The translations under genes and the position numbers were made by a program. Shown here in pieces: positions 34,731 to 45,901 of a stretch of DNA of 64,000 bases. Source of the stretch: Podarcis gaigeae (Eukaryota). Every line of letters begins with the position of its first letter. The first letter of the stretch is position 1. Where the stretch lies: NCBI GenBank assembly GCA_964106915.2, contig OZ066921.1; one strand, 5' to 3'. The notes beneath the pieces are model-generated. The model saw only the letters and a program-made list of their open reading frames with translations. It was not told the DNA's origin and did no database searches.

Positions 34731-35039
34731 AGTGGCACTCTCCATTTCTGTGGTTTCCAAGTCTTGGCACCCCAGATCGCTTTCAGTATTGGCCATACAC
34801 CACCAGAGGCCCGCTCCCAAATCCTGGAGATGTGGAAGAAGAGATTAGCCACTATCTGGGAGGAGACGCCCCTCAGCTTTGCCCCAAGCAACAACTTTGA
34901 TTTGAGCTTTGCTGGGGGCTTTGTTCTGAAGAAAGAGGTCCAGGAACAGCAAGAAGATAAAAAATATGGGCTGACAACTGGCCAGCATCTGGGAAAGCCA
35001 CTCCTGCCTGATAATCAAGTCAAAGCCCAGCAGAAATAG
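34731..35039 (+). CDS. NQO1: NQO1 exon 6 (to stop); total CDS 828 nt, 275 aa
   Basis: cccag|[15 protein letters not shown]...[19 protein letters not shown]; includes the C-terminal domain that NQO1 has and NQO2 lacks. Confidence 0.97.
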   Translation, partial: SGTLHFCGFQVLAPQIAFSIGHTPPEARSQILEMWKKRLATIWEETPLSFAPSNNFDLSFAGGFVLKKEVQEQQEDKKYGLTTGQHLGKPLLPDNQVKAQQK

Positions 35040-35145
35040 TAAATTCTGTTGGTAAATTGGGACAAAAAAAGGCCTTTCTGTAGTAATGCTAACAGTTAAA
35101 GTTTCCTACTTTCATTTTCTCCGGATTCATAGGGTCCCTGTAGGG

Positions 35146-35262
35146 CAGACCTTCCCCAAAGCGGCACCCTTCTGCTGTGTTTGATTCCAGTCCCATCAGC
35201 CCAACAAGGATGATGGGAGTTGAAACCCAAACTACCTGGGAGCACACCAGATGGGAAAGCTG
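35146..35262. mobile_element. Palindromic hAT-derived MITE (same family) in NQO1 3'UTR
   Basis: TCCCATCAGCC...GGATGATGGGAGTTG inner palindrome; imperfect TIRs. Confidence 0.65.
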
Positions 35263-35567
35263 GTTGGGCACTCTACCATTAAAAACAGTTAGTTATACCT
35301 TGTGTATGTAATGCAAGGCATATACTCCACAATGGAGCCTGCATTATTACTGTTCTACTCTTTGCAGCCTTAAGATCCTAGCCTATAATCCACGGGTGGG
35401 CAACCACCACAGCCTTTCACATTCCTCTTTGCAGCCCCCATCTCAGCAAAGATTACCACCATACTGCCTTGAGCAACAGAAGAGTTGGCAGGAAGGTCCA
35501 ACCCCAGAGCAAAGTACTTAGAGCTTGGGTCTTGCGCTTCTCCAAGTGCATATGCCTGGAGAGCACC

Positions 35568-35690
35568 ATAGGTTGTATCCAATGTTAGTGCTACTTGGAG
35601 CAGACCCATTGAAAGTAAAAGGCATATCTAACTTAGGCACACTAATTTCAATGTGTCTACATGGAGTAGAATGTAGTTGGATAGAACTGT
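35568..35690. mobile_element. Second copy of the palindromic MITE-like repeat, downstream of the NQO1 stop
   Basis: GTTGTATCCAA...AGACCCATTGAAA / TTTCAATGTGTCT...TTGGATAGAAC. Confidence 0.7.
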
Positions 35691-36277
35691 ATGGATCCAC
35701 CTGGCTGCTTTCTTGCCAGCTCTTCAGTTTCTTGTCATAGTAGCCTCAAGGTAGTGTGGGTGAATGGGTGGGTGGAGTTCATTGCCTTTACTTCATCAGC
35801 AACCACCAATCCACAATGGGTAAAACAAGCTACTTGGCAGTCAATACCACTTGCACCAGACTTGAGCTGCCAGAGGAGAGGTGCAGTGGCAATCTGCCTG
35901 AAGATAAAACAAGCCACAGATGCAGCTGAAAAGAGGGCAGCTGGGAAGAGTGGTGAAGACAACTGGGCTCCCACCTTCCCCAGCTGGAATCAGCCACAGC
36001 ACAGGAAGGCAGGGCCAGAGTTCCCTGGCAATAAATGGTGCTCCAGGGGGTGGGGGGGGGGGAGTGTAATTAACTGGCGGGGAAGGGGAAGGGTTGCTTT
36101 AAATCCTCTTAGTTTACTTGCTGGTAGTAGGGATTAATACTACTTGAGATTTTTGTACTTTGGTAATAACTTTCACATGTACTAACAACAAAGCCAGGTG
36201 TTGCCTCTATTAGTCCGGTTTGTTGGAATGTCATGTGGATTTATACAAGTCTCTCTTGCGCCAGCAGAGAAATTTAG

Positions 36278-36283
36278 AATAAA
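36278..36283 (+). terminator. NQO1 candidate polyA signal (others: ATTAAA 35278-35283, AATAAA 36030-36035)
   Basis: AATAAA followed by a T-rich tract; which site is used cannot be told from sequence. Confidence 0.45.
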
Positions 36284-36640
36284 ATACTTTTTTAAACCTT
36301 TCTCTTGCAGCTGTCTATTGAGTCAAGGGCCACATTTTGTGCTAGGCATTTATACAGTTTGAACCTATTACAACTCGCATGACAGCACTACTCAGAGGGG
36401 AGGGGTGCCTGTTTGTGTCTCCATGAGAGGTGGCGAAAGGAGAAGCCTAAGTCTGCTGCTTTACCATACACAGTTAGTAATATGGGACAAGCCAGCCCAG
36501 ACATGGTGGGTTCTGCAAAGGAGGTATTTACACAAAGAAGGTTCTACCTCCCCATCAGTCCAGTGAAGGGAAACCCCTCTCCACCTGCTCCATATACACT
36601 GGTGCTGGCTTGCTTATCGGCCATAGAGCAAAAAGGGATG

Positions 36641-36782
36641 TATAGAATTGTAGGGTTGGAAGGGACCCTGAGGATCATCTAGTCCAAATCCTCTGCAATG
36701 CTGGAATATGCAGCTGCCTCTTAAGGGGATCAAACCTGCAACCTTGGTGTTACCAGCATCATGCCCTAGCCAACTGAGCTAT
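36641..36782 (-). mobile_element. tRNA-headed, CR1-tailed SINE
   Basis: Minus strand TAGCTCAGTTGGCTAGGGCATGATGCTGGTAACACCAAGGTTGCAGGTTTGATCCCC (tRNA-like head), then TGGACTAGATGATCCTCAGGGTCCCTTCCAACCCTACAATTCTAT (CR1-type 3' end). Confidence 0.8.
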
Positions 36783-36922
36783 CAATTAGTAAACTTCTAG
36801 CTAGTGTGTGCAGGGCTCAGCAGACAACACACTAGCCTTGCACTTCAGGACCAAATGACTCCAAGATACTGCAAAGAATGGAGCACAGTAGCAATACACT
36901 GCAAAATGAAAACTTTCAAAGT

Positions 36923-36928
36923 TTTATT
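36923..36928 (-). terminator. NFAT5: NFAT5 distal polyA signal
   Basis: Minus-strand AATAAA at the end of a block (…CAGCTGCAGTCAAGAATAAAACTTTGAAAGTTTTCA) that resembles the mammalian NFAT5 mRNA 3' end as recalled. Confidence 0.8.
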
Positions 36929-39524
36929 CTTGACTGCAGCTGTGTACAGAAATATAGTTGCAAGTATACAAATGTCCCAATAGAAGCAAAATATCTCTCT
37001 CTTAATATTCAACAAGTTATCACAGGATAGCTAAAAACAAATGCAAATGAGTCCCCCCCGCCCCCTCCAATAGAATAAACAAAACCATTATCAGTGCTCT
37101 GAGAAACCCACCTACACAAGCCAGGGACACAAAATGCACAAGGGGCCATCTGAGGCTACATTCACATTGCAGGATACTGGAAGAGGCTGCTTGGTGGCCG
37201 GCTGGTCTTGAGTGCTGTTCTAAGCGAGCATGGCAAGAAAGGGGAGGGGGAGGGAGTGTGTCAGGACTGCAGCGATATTAACAGGCCGAGCTCTGGGAGA
37301 AAACCTTCATTAGTTGCACGCAAATTGCTGTTGGGACAGAGGGGTGCAATGAGATTCTTGGTCTCAGCAGGTCCAAGCCCAAACTGTTCAGAACATAACC
37401 TTGCCCTGTCCAAATGGGACTTCATTCCAAACAAGTTGGACTCCATGGGCCAGAGCCCCAATACAAAAAAGCTGCTGAAAAGAGGAAACAATGGACCCCA
37501 GATGACAGCCAAGCTACCTAAGGGCTTTAAGGATCAAAATGGCAGTGGTGGCAGGGACTGAAAGAAAACTGCAGTGGTGGCAGCAGCAGCATCCACATGG
37601 GCCATGTCTGGTGCAGAGGTCAGGGTTACACTCAAAAGTTATTTCAATGCAGGAAATCCTCTGCTATGAGCTCAAACAAGAGACCACCATTTTCTGAAGC
37701 AGGCACAAGCAGCCTGGACTGTCAAGAAGTTATTCCTAATATTTAGTTTAAATCCTTTTTCTTGCAAAATGGACCTATTGGTTAACACTGAAGCCCTGGA
37801 GAAAACAACAACACAAAATTTGCTCCCATGATCAAGAGTGACAGCCTGTCAAATACTTAGTGATGGTTATCAAATCTCCTCTTCGTTCTTTCTTGTGCAG
37901 CCTAAATATACTTAGTCCTTTCAACCTTTTCAAATGGGACGTGGCTATGACCAAGTTGCTCATTGCCAGGGTGGGCAAGACCAAATGAGGTACTTCCTGG
38001 CCTTTCAGGCTCTGCTCTGATGCAGTGTGCTAGAAGATTACTAAGGATAAGACACAAACACTTTCCCAGGCATGTTTGGAGTGGTGCACAAGAGGAGGAA
38101 GGAAAGCAAGTCTGGGATGCTTGAAAGGACAGCTCTCTCTTGACCATTAATATGCAGGGAGGGACCTGAAACCACAAGGGCTTTTACACTTCTACAAAAT
38201 CTGATTCCCAAAGTGGCTTTATCCAGAGTGTTTGAGGAGGGAGAGGGAGTTGTACATAAAAATGATTGCTTCCTGTAGTTTGAAGCCCTTTGTGGTGGAA
38301 ATGCTTAGTTGGATTCTTGTGGACTGATGCAGAGGGGAAAATGAATGGGGACAACATGAGCTCCAAATGCCATGTACGGACCAAGAACACACAGGAAACA
38401 AGATGCACCTTGCAAGGCTGCCGAGGTCCCATCTCCATGAAACTCTCTAGAATACCTTTTGTAGGCTCTGCTACCACAGGCCCCGCAAAACAAACAAAAA
38501 GGGTGTAGGAAAGATGCAGCACCAGCCAGCCACTGAGCACACCTTTGTTCCAAATACATACTTTTTTGTAACCAAATCACGTTAAAAATGTTGCACATTT
38601 AAATATTGACCTAAAATGGACCAAGAAAAAATAGAAATAAACCAACCCCAAAACCCATGTACATCACCGTTTTGAACAGAGCAGCAGCAGGAGCCCTTTT
38701 AACAAACAGAATGCAGATGCCTGCGTTGTATGGCTGGAGCAATGTGGGGAGAAGTGACAAGAGGCAGCTCTGAGCAGGAAACTTGGTTCAACAGAGGATT
38801 GGTCCCTGGTGACTTAGCACTGTCCCCCGAGGACAGTCCTGATGCCACCGAAGTGAACAAGACACAGCAGCGTACAAGTCAACCTGCTCCTACTCAACCC
38901 TCTCCACACACTTCTTCCCCATAAAGCTCCTGCCATGGCCTGGGACTAAGTGCCTCTTCCAGAAGACACAGGCAGTCCCAGGCCCAACTGCAGGATCCCC
39001 AGAAGTGAAAGCAAAAGCCGCTGGCTTGGTACATCCCTTTCTGCCTCCTCATTCATTGTTAGGCACATGGCTGCTCCTTCCCTTCCTCAATACTCTTTCA
39101 GCAAATAAAAGAAACATAACATTGTAAGAGAAGCAAGCTCAATGCAGCTACAGACATCATGAAATGAGGAAAGAAGGTTCCAATTGTGAATTTGTAGTGT
39201 TGTTATAAATAAAAAGCTAGCAATAAAATATTAGACATTAACCATGAGTGAACAGCTGAATGGCTCATGTCAAGGGACTCCCATGCAAAGGAAGATGCAC
39301 ATGTGTCACCTCTGCAGTGAAGTTGCCCTCACAGCCAATCAGCACAGAGGCTGCCTGATTATATGAACGGCCAGAGATGAACCAATCACATCTGCTGCAA
39401 AAAGTACTCAAATACTTTGTGAAGACTTAACAACCCCCCCTTCCCCTGGTTCCTAGATGCCATGTTGTGGGAAAACAGACAACAAAACTCACACATTTAC
39501 CACAAAAATCTGTGGCAAAAAGAA

Positions 39525-39585
39525 TATATGTGTGTGAATATATGTATATGCATATATATATTTATATATATATATATATTATTTA
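39525..39585. repeat. (TA)n/(TG)n low-complexity tract in NFAT5 3'UTR
   Basis: Directly visible. Confidence 0.85.
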
Positions 39586-40317
39586 TGCCAATGTACTCAC
39601 TCAGTACAAATAGCAAAATAGTTTATCATTTTCTAAATACAAAATAGAGCTTTCCAAAAAAATGAAACACACATTAGATATAAACCATCCAAAACCTGAA
39701 CGATTGAAAACTGTATTCAAAATTAAATGACCTAGAGCAGGTCTCTTTCTGAAAAGTTCTCTTCATATCGGCAAAATAGCCTGTACTACTGAAAACATAA
39801 CTCAAGCCTCTCCAAGAGAGACGGACAAACAGAACGAATCACTGACTGCAAACATCAGAGACGGACTGGCATTTAACAGGACAACAACAATAACAAAAAA
39901 CAAGCACAACTCTACATAGCTCAAGGTGGAGCACAAGTTAGAAAAAACACACAAGGGGTAGCCTAAAAAACCAGGTACAAGCTAAATTCTTCTCTACACA
40001 AAAGTAACAAAAATGAACACCAATGCTTACTAAAAAACACAACTCCCCAATGCCAACAAGAGTCACACACAACAGCTGTTGGGTGATAGACACCACGCAC
40101 AGCATTTGATGTGCAGGAGAGGAAGAGAGGGAAATAAAAATCCAGAAGAGGGAAACTGTAGCTATCCCTGGAGAGCACCTGAAATTGAGTTTGCCCCTTG
40201 GTGCTGACAGCACACAAGAGCATCTGCCTTTTAAGCCAAAATGGATGCAAATTCATCACCAGCATTTGCATTTTGAAAGAGTGACGTTACTTGTCTCGTA
40301 TGAGCTAAAGGAGCTAT

Positions 40318-40475
40318 GTAAGAACATAAGTAAAGCCCACTGGATCAGTTTAATGGCCCATCTAGTCCAGCATCATGTTCTTACAGTGGCCAACCAGATA
40401 GCTAGTCCACAAGCAGGACCTAGGTGCAATAGTACTCTGCCCACCTGCAATTCTCAGCAACTGGTATACAGAGGC
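40318..40475 (-). mobile_element. CR1 3'-end fragment inside NFAT5 3'UTR
   Basis: TAAGAACATAAG...GGCCCATCTAGTCCAGCATCATGTTCTTACAGTGGCCAACCAG. Confidence 0.8.
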
Positions 40476-42535
40476 ACCCCTTCAAGTCCCGAGGGGAAGC
40501 TGCCAAATCCCCCTCCCCCCATGTGAGTTTAAATTTAAGACTTCAAACCTGCACCAATTAGAAAAGGGGTGGAGGAGCAGAAACCAGCATGCCCAAAAAT
40601 ATTCTCTCACCCCTCCTCTACAAACCAAGGAGGTATCAGCCAGCTTGGTCATTCCAGCCCCACTACAATGGACCTTCTGGTCTCCAAAAAACCTATTTCA
40701 GATTTGTACAGGTGGCAGCATATTTCACACAAGAGGAAAGAGACAAAAAAGGGATTAAGAGGAACAAAATTCAGCTTATGGCCTATCAAGGCAGGACTCA
40801 AGAGGGGCTCTATTGCTCAGCATAGCAAACTGGCCCCTTGTGAAAGGGGAGATGGGCAGAGCACCAGAGGCTCAGAGAAGTCCCTGTTTGAGCAGCCAAT
40901 CTTCCAGCCTCCCAGGAAGCTGTAGTCACATTCTTGGATATCACCCACTCCCCGCCCCTCGTGGCTTTAGGAGACTCTCTGCCAGTATATGCCACCTTCC
41001 TAGGTGCTAATTCACAGCTTTCTCCATACTGCTATGAAGCTGACAGCAGCTTCCGTTTAACAAAGAGTCACTAATTCACACTGGTATGTTCAACACCATT
41101 AAGCAATGACTGGCATGAGTGAAATGCACAATTGAGGACTGAACACTTGAATCACCTTCACCTCCCCCAAGCAACATTTTTCACTGGAAACCATTTACAC
41201 CTGCAAATCAAGTGATTGAGTCTTCAAGTGATGAGCACAAATGTGTGAATCAACCATCTGTATATCCCAGTTATTTTAGAACACATATCCCTGTGTGCTT
41301 TGCAGCCTGTTCCAAGAGCTGTGAAGAGGAGCTGAAAGAGAGGAGCAGACACAGTCTCAGGTTCTTTCAGTGCCAAGCTGCAATGATAAATGAGCAGCTG
41401 CACTCTGCATCTCCACAGCCGGACTAGAGATGGGGGCAACTGTCCAAAGTAGAGCCTCTTTCGCCTCTTCCAGCTTCAAGAAGTCTCTCTCTGATGCTCT
41501 CACTCAGCAGCTGTTTCTCATCAGGCTTAGCAAGGGTACTCTTCCAAAGTGATGGTGAAGGCTACATTTCCCCTTGGGTCCAAGGCCGCACTTTGACACA
41601 GGAAATTTAACTCCAAACATCCTAAATTCCAGAGTCACAAGAACGAAAGTCTTGCAAATCTGCTTGTCCATTACAGGATTTCTGAAGTTACAAGCTAAAA
41701 GAACACACAAAGACAAAAGTTAAGCGTAGTAAGAGCCTCATTCTTTCCCCCTAAAGCACTCTAATTAAACACAATCCACCAGCTGGTTATTTCCCTCTAT
41801 GCTGAAGTTACCAATGATGGCTTCTTTGAATGTAATATTACTGCCACCCATCAGTGAAATCTGATTGGGACTTGAAGAGGGGATGTATACTATGGAGTTG
41901 GAGTGTGAGAGAGCCCCTCCTAGCATTATGGCTTGGGGAGAGCCATGTGCTGCTGAGCTCTCTCTTGTAACTGCACCAGCAGCACAGAACGTGGTAGGAT
42001 TTAACATCCTAAAATAATAAGATTTAATGCTTTTGTAAAGCAAGCTCCTAGAGCGCTAATGGCTGAAAGCATTGTTGCAGACAAGTGGATGACACTTTTA
42101 TGTCTCAAGAGGCAGAGCAAGGATTCCAATCACTGCCAGTAGAAAAAGGATTATGTAAAAGCCCCTGTTTCCTTTGTATAATTTATTCAGACCAGAAAAA
42201 CAATGCTTTATTTCTGTGTGGAGTAAACACAGCTGACCATGCTGCCTTGGAACTGCATATTTCAGCCTTGAGCTGAAGTCAAGGCAAACAACCACATATC
42301 CACCCTGGGATTTCTGAACCATGGTAATCAAGTTCAGTGAGGCCACTGCAAGTGTCCTAACAGCCAGGAGAATGAGGGCTGTGAAGCTCTATTTACTCTC
42401 AAGACAGGCACTAATTTTATTATCATTCTGGGGAAGCAGCAGAAAAGACAGACTTTTATCAGCTGCAAGAAGTAAGAAGAGAACATGCTGGCTTGGCTAC
42501 AGTCTTTGACTCCCATCTCCAACTCACCTGGATAG

Positions 42536-42768
42536 TTAGAAGGAGCCAGCCATGTTGTTGTTCCCCTGGTTTTGTAGAGACACTAGCAGGTCATCAATCT
42601 TCTTCATATTCTGATTGGTGGTCATAGCAGAAGACAGCTGGGGGCTTTCAGACATCTGCTGGGATAGTAGAGTTGTGACTGATGACTGTGCTTCACCCTG
42701 TGGCTGGCTTATTGTGATCATCTGATCTGACATTGAAGTGGGTCCAGATGTTAAGAGCTGGCCACAGT
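42536..42768 (-). CDS. NFAT5: NFAT5 last coding exon (exon ends 42528)
   Basis: taacag|AC TGT GGC...[32 protein letters not shown]|GTGAGT. Confidence 0.95.
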
Positions 42769-43497
42769 CTGTTAAGAAAGACAAGATTTATTCAGAGCAC
42801 CATGCAAATTTATTGAGCAGTGAAAGGAAGCCTATTGCATTTCACATTGTACTGTCCTCATAAACATCTAGAGTGTCCCCACAGAGCATTTCCCCCTAAG
42901 GCATTTAGGATCAGGGTGCTGGTATCCCAAGAAACCAGTAGAAAGAAGTCAAACACCGACAGATGCACAAAGCATCTCATATGAAGTTAACAGGCCCTTT
43001 GGCACATTCTTCTTTGTATATATATAAAATCTATTGCATAGCTAGAGAGCTCTTCCCCACCATTTTATGTGCTGTGCTATGCTCTGAAAGCATGCAGATA
43101 GGTTTACAGCAGCTCTGCCACAGTTACAGAATCTCTACTTCTGGGGAAATGCTACATAAATGCCACTGAGTGAACAAACTGAATTTGGATGATTTTGTAC
43201 ACATTTATACACTTAGAATGGACTGATCACTGACTTTTATACTGGCTGGGCCTGATGGGGGGAGTTGGACCACAAGTTCCCCATCCTTGCTTTAGACTGT
43301 AAGCAGTCTATGTCAAAATTGCTGTTAACACTGTAGTGTGTTCCCAGATTATATAGGCTTTACAAAGGAAGTCATAATTCAACACAATTTTAGATAGTTT
43401 TTCACAGCTGCACAGATGTGGCCTCCAACACAAGCTTCACAAAGGGAAGAAAGCACTAAAATTTAGCCAATGACAATTCTGGATACTCTGTACTTAC

Positions 43498-43948
43498 TAT
43501 CTTGGATGCCAAACAGGAATATTCCAGAAGTCTGCTGAGATGAAGCGGAGGAGTTCTGCAGCTGGTTCATGGAACCACTTCCAGCTGTGTTATGGAACAA
43601 AGCAGTCTGCTGCTGCTGCTGCTGCGGGGGTGAAGAAGCTCCCTGGATGCCAGCCATATTGTTTGGTGAAGAGTAGAGGGGGGGCTGCTGCAACTCTTGC
43701 TGGTTCATGCTGTTTTGCAAGGCAGACATGGAAGTCGATGATATGAAGAGGGTGACAGGTTGCTCCTGAGAGCTGGAGGATCCTTGGACTAGCTGGATCT
43801 GGGGCGAGTTGTGGAATAAGGCAGGCTGCTGCTGTGACTCAGCTTGATTAGAGCCTGGGCTCTGGTTCTGAAACTGCATGGGTTGCTGATCCTGATTCAT
43901 TGGTGCCATGCTGCTTTGTGGGTGGAAGAGAGACTGGCTTTGTTGTTG

Positions 43949-43979
<31 letters not shown>

Positions 43980-45901
43980 TCCTGGTTGGCCATTGGGTTA
44001 GGGTTTGGGTTGTACATCATGTTCTGCTTCTGGGATGTCATAGGGCTCATGGAATTCTGATTGCTGAACCTCAAATTCTGCTGCTGCTGCTCTTGGGAGG
44101 GTGTGCTGTTCTGAAGAGCCACCATAGAATGCTGTGGTTGGAACATGGCTCCTTGCTGGTTTTGGGGCACCTGTGATTGGAACATGCTCTGCTGCTGTTG
44201 CTGGGACTGCTCTTGGGCAAGCATAGGGTTCTGGAGGTGTGAGAGCTGAGCCTGCTGCTGCTGGAATGTCGACTGCTGCTCAGCATTGGCAGATGTCTGC
44301 AGTGGAGAAATGGAATTCTGTGTGGCAAAGAAGGGCATCTGTTCCTCCTGTGCAACTGAGCTTTGGGGAAGGAATAGGTTGCTTGCCTGCTGGTCCTGAA
44401 CCACACCCATGGGACTCTGGGAGTGGAACATTGGAGGCTGCAGCTGCTCTGAGGAAGAGGCAGAGCTCTGGCTGTGGAAGAGAGCACTTTGGGTCTCCTG
44501 CGAGATGTTCTGAGCATCCCCAATAGGGCTCTGTGAGTGAAAAAGCTGAGCCTGTGAATGGGGAGCCTGCTGCAAGAAGCTTCCAGACTGGAGAGACATC
44601 AACTCCCCACTCTGCTGAAAGAGGCTCCCGGTTTGCTGCTGTTGCTGCTGTGTTCCATTGTCCTGAACGGCCATCATGCTTTCTGAGGAGGAGAAGAGGC
44701 TGACCTGCGCCTGGTTCTCCCCGCTGTGCTGCATTTGAACCATAGCTTGAAATACATTGTTCTGCATCTGTTTGGTCTGACCTGGAGCTTCTTCACCTTC
44801 GGCAGAGCCAGAAGACTGAAACATGGAAGGGCCGTTGGCAGGCACCACTTGCTGCTGCTGTTGCTGCTGCTGCGATGGAGTACCAGCTTCATTACCAGAA
44901 ACACTGGTGGGTGAGAATAGCTCACACTGCATCTGTATGTCTTCATTTGTTGTCAGTGCACCCATCAGGTGAGAAGTTTGTTGGTACACTGGGGACTGCT
45001 GGATGTTTCTATTTCCCGAAGAGGAGGTTGAGAACATGTCAGACTGCATCTGACTTGCTGCCTGGCAGAGGCCTTGCTGAATCTCAATCACCATAGCTGC
45101 AGAAGTCTCCATTGCTTGCTGTTGTTGCTGCTGCTGCTGTTGCTGCTGCTGGCTGGACAAAGAACTTTCAGGTTGTGGATGGACATTCTCACTTCTCCCA
45201 GAAAGAAGGTCCTCAGCCCTTGAATGGACAGTGTCAGAGGAGGAAAACATCCCTTGGCTGACTCCATTTTGGATCTGGCTAACCTGCTGAAAAATCTCTA
45301 CATTGATTTGCTCTTGAACATCCTCATTGTCAGACCCAGAGAACAAGACAGAGGACAGCTGCTGCTGGGCTTCCAGGACCTGCTGGACCAAATCTACACT
45401 TCCATGGTTGCTGCTGGCAGTGCTAGACTGAAAGTTTCCTGCTTGCAGTTGTTGAATTGTGTTCTGCAGCTGACTCACACTGCTGGCCGATGAGAAAAGG
45501 TTTGACGACATCTGCTGCTGCAACACTTGTGCCGATTCCTGGAGTGGTGACTGCTGCTGGGACACCTCTGTCAACTGAGACAAAGTCATGACTGCACTGT
45601 CTGGCTGCAACACCTCTCTCGGCTGGGACTCCCTTGTGGGGAACTGGGATGCCTGCTGCAACAAGGTGTCACTGTTTTGCAGCTGATTGGGACCAGAACC
45701 TGCAGGGAAGCTGCCAGGCTGGGCAAGGTCCTGTGCCTGGAGGGAGGGCATTGCCTCTGGAGTATATACCTTTGGCTGCAGCTGCTGATTTTCACTCTCT
45801 GGTGCTAAGTGAGAAGCAGAAGAGGAGAAAGTGGCATTGCCCAATATACTGGACATGTTGGTTTCCAATGTGGCTTGGGGTGGTCCAACTACACTTGTTG
45901 C
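43498..45901 (-). CDS. NFAT5: NFAT5 large Q/S-rich transactivation exon (2404 nt)
   Basis: cctcag|GCA...GAT A|GTAAGT; open frame with polyQ tracts, [21 protein letters not shown] and [10 protein letters not shown]. Confidence 0.96.

Larger units (their letters stand above)
36905..41694 (-). other. NFAT5: NFAT5 terminal non-coding exon (~4.8 kb 3'UTR)
   Basis: Acceptor tgtgttcttttag at 41695-41696 (alternative AG 13 nt further in), running to the polyA signal at 36923. Confidence 0.75.

Noticed and set aside
38809-38819. Second ARE-like GTGACTTAGCA in NFAT5 3'UTR (also GTGACTCAGC at 43834-43843)
   Set aside because: Isolated short motifs with no supporting context; one is inside coding sequence
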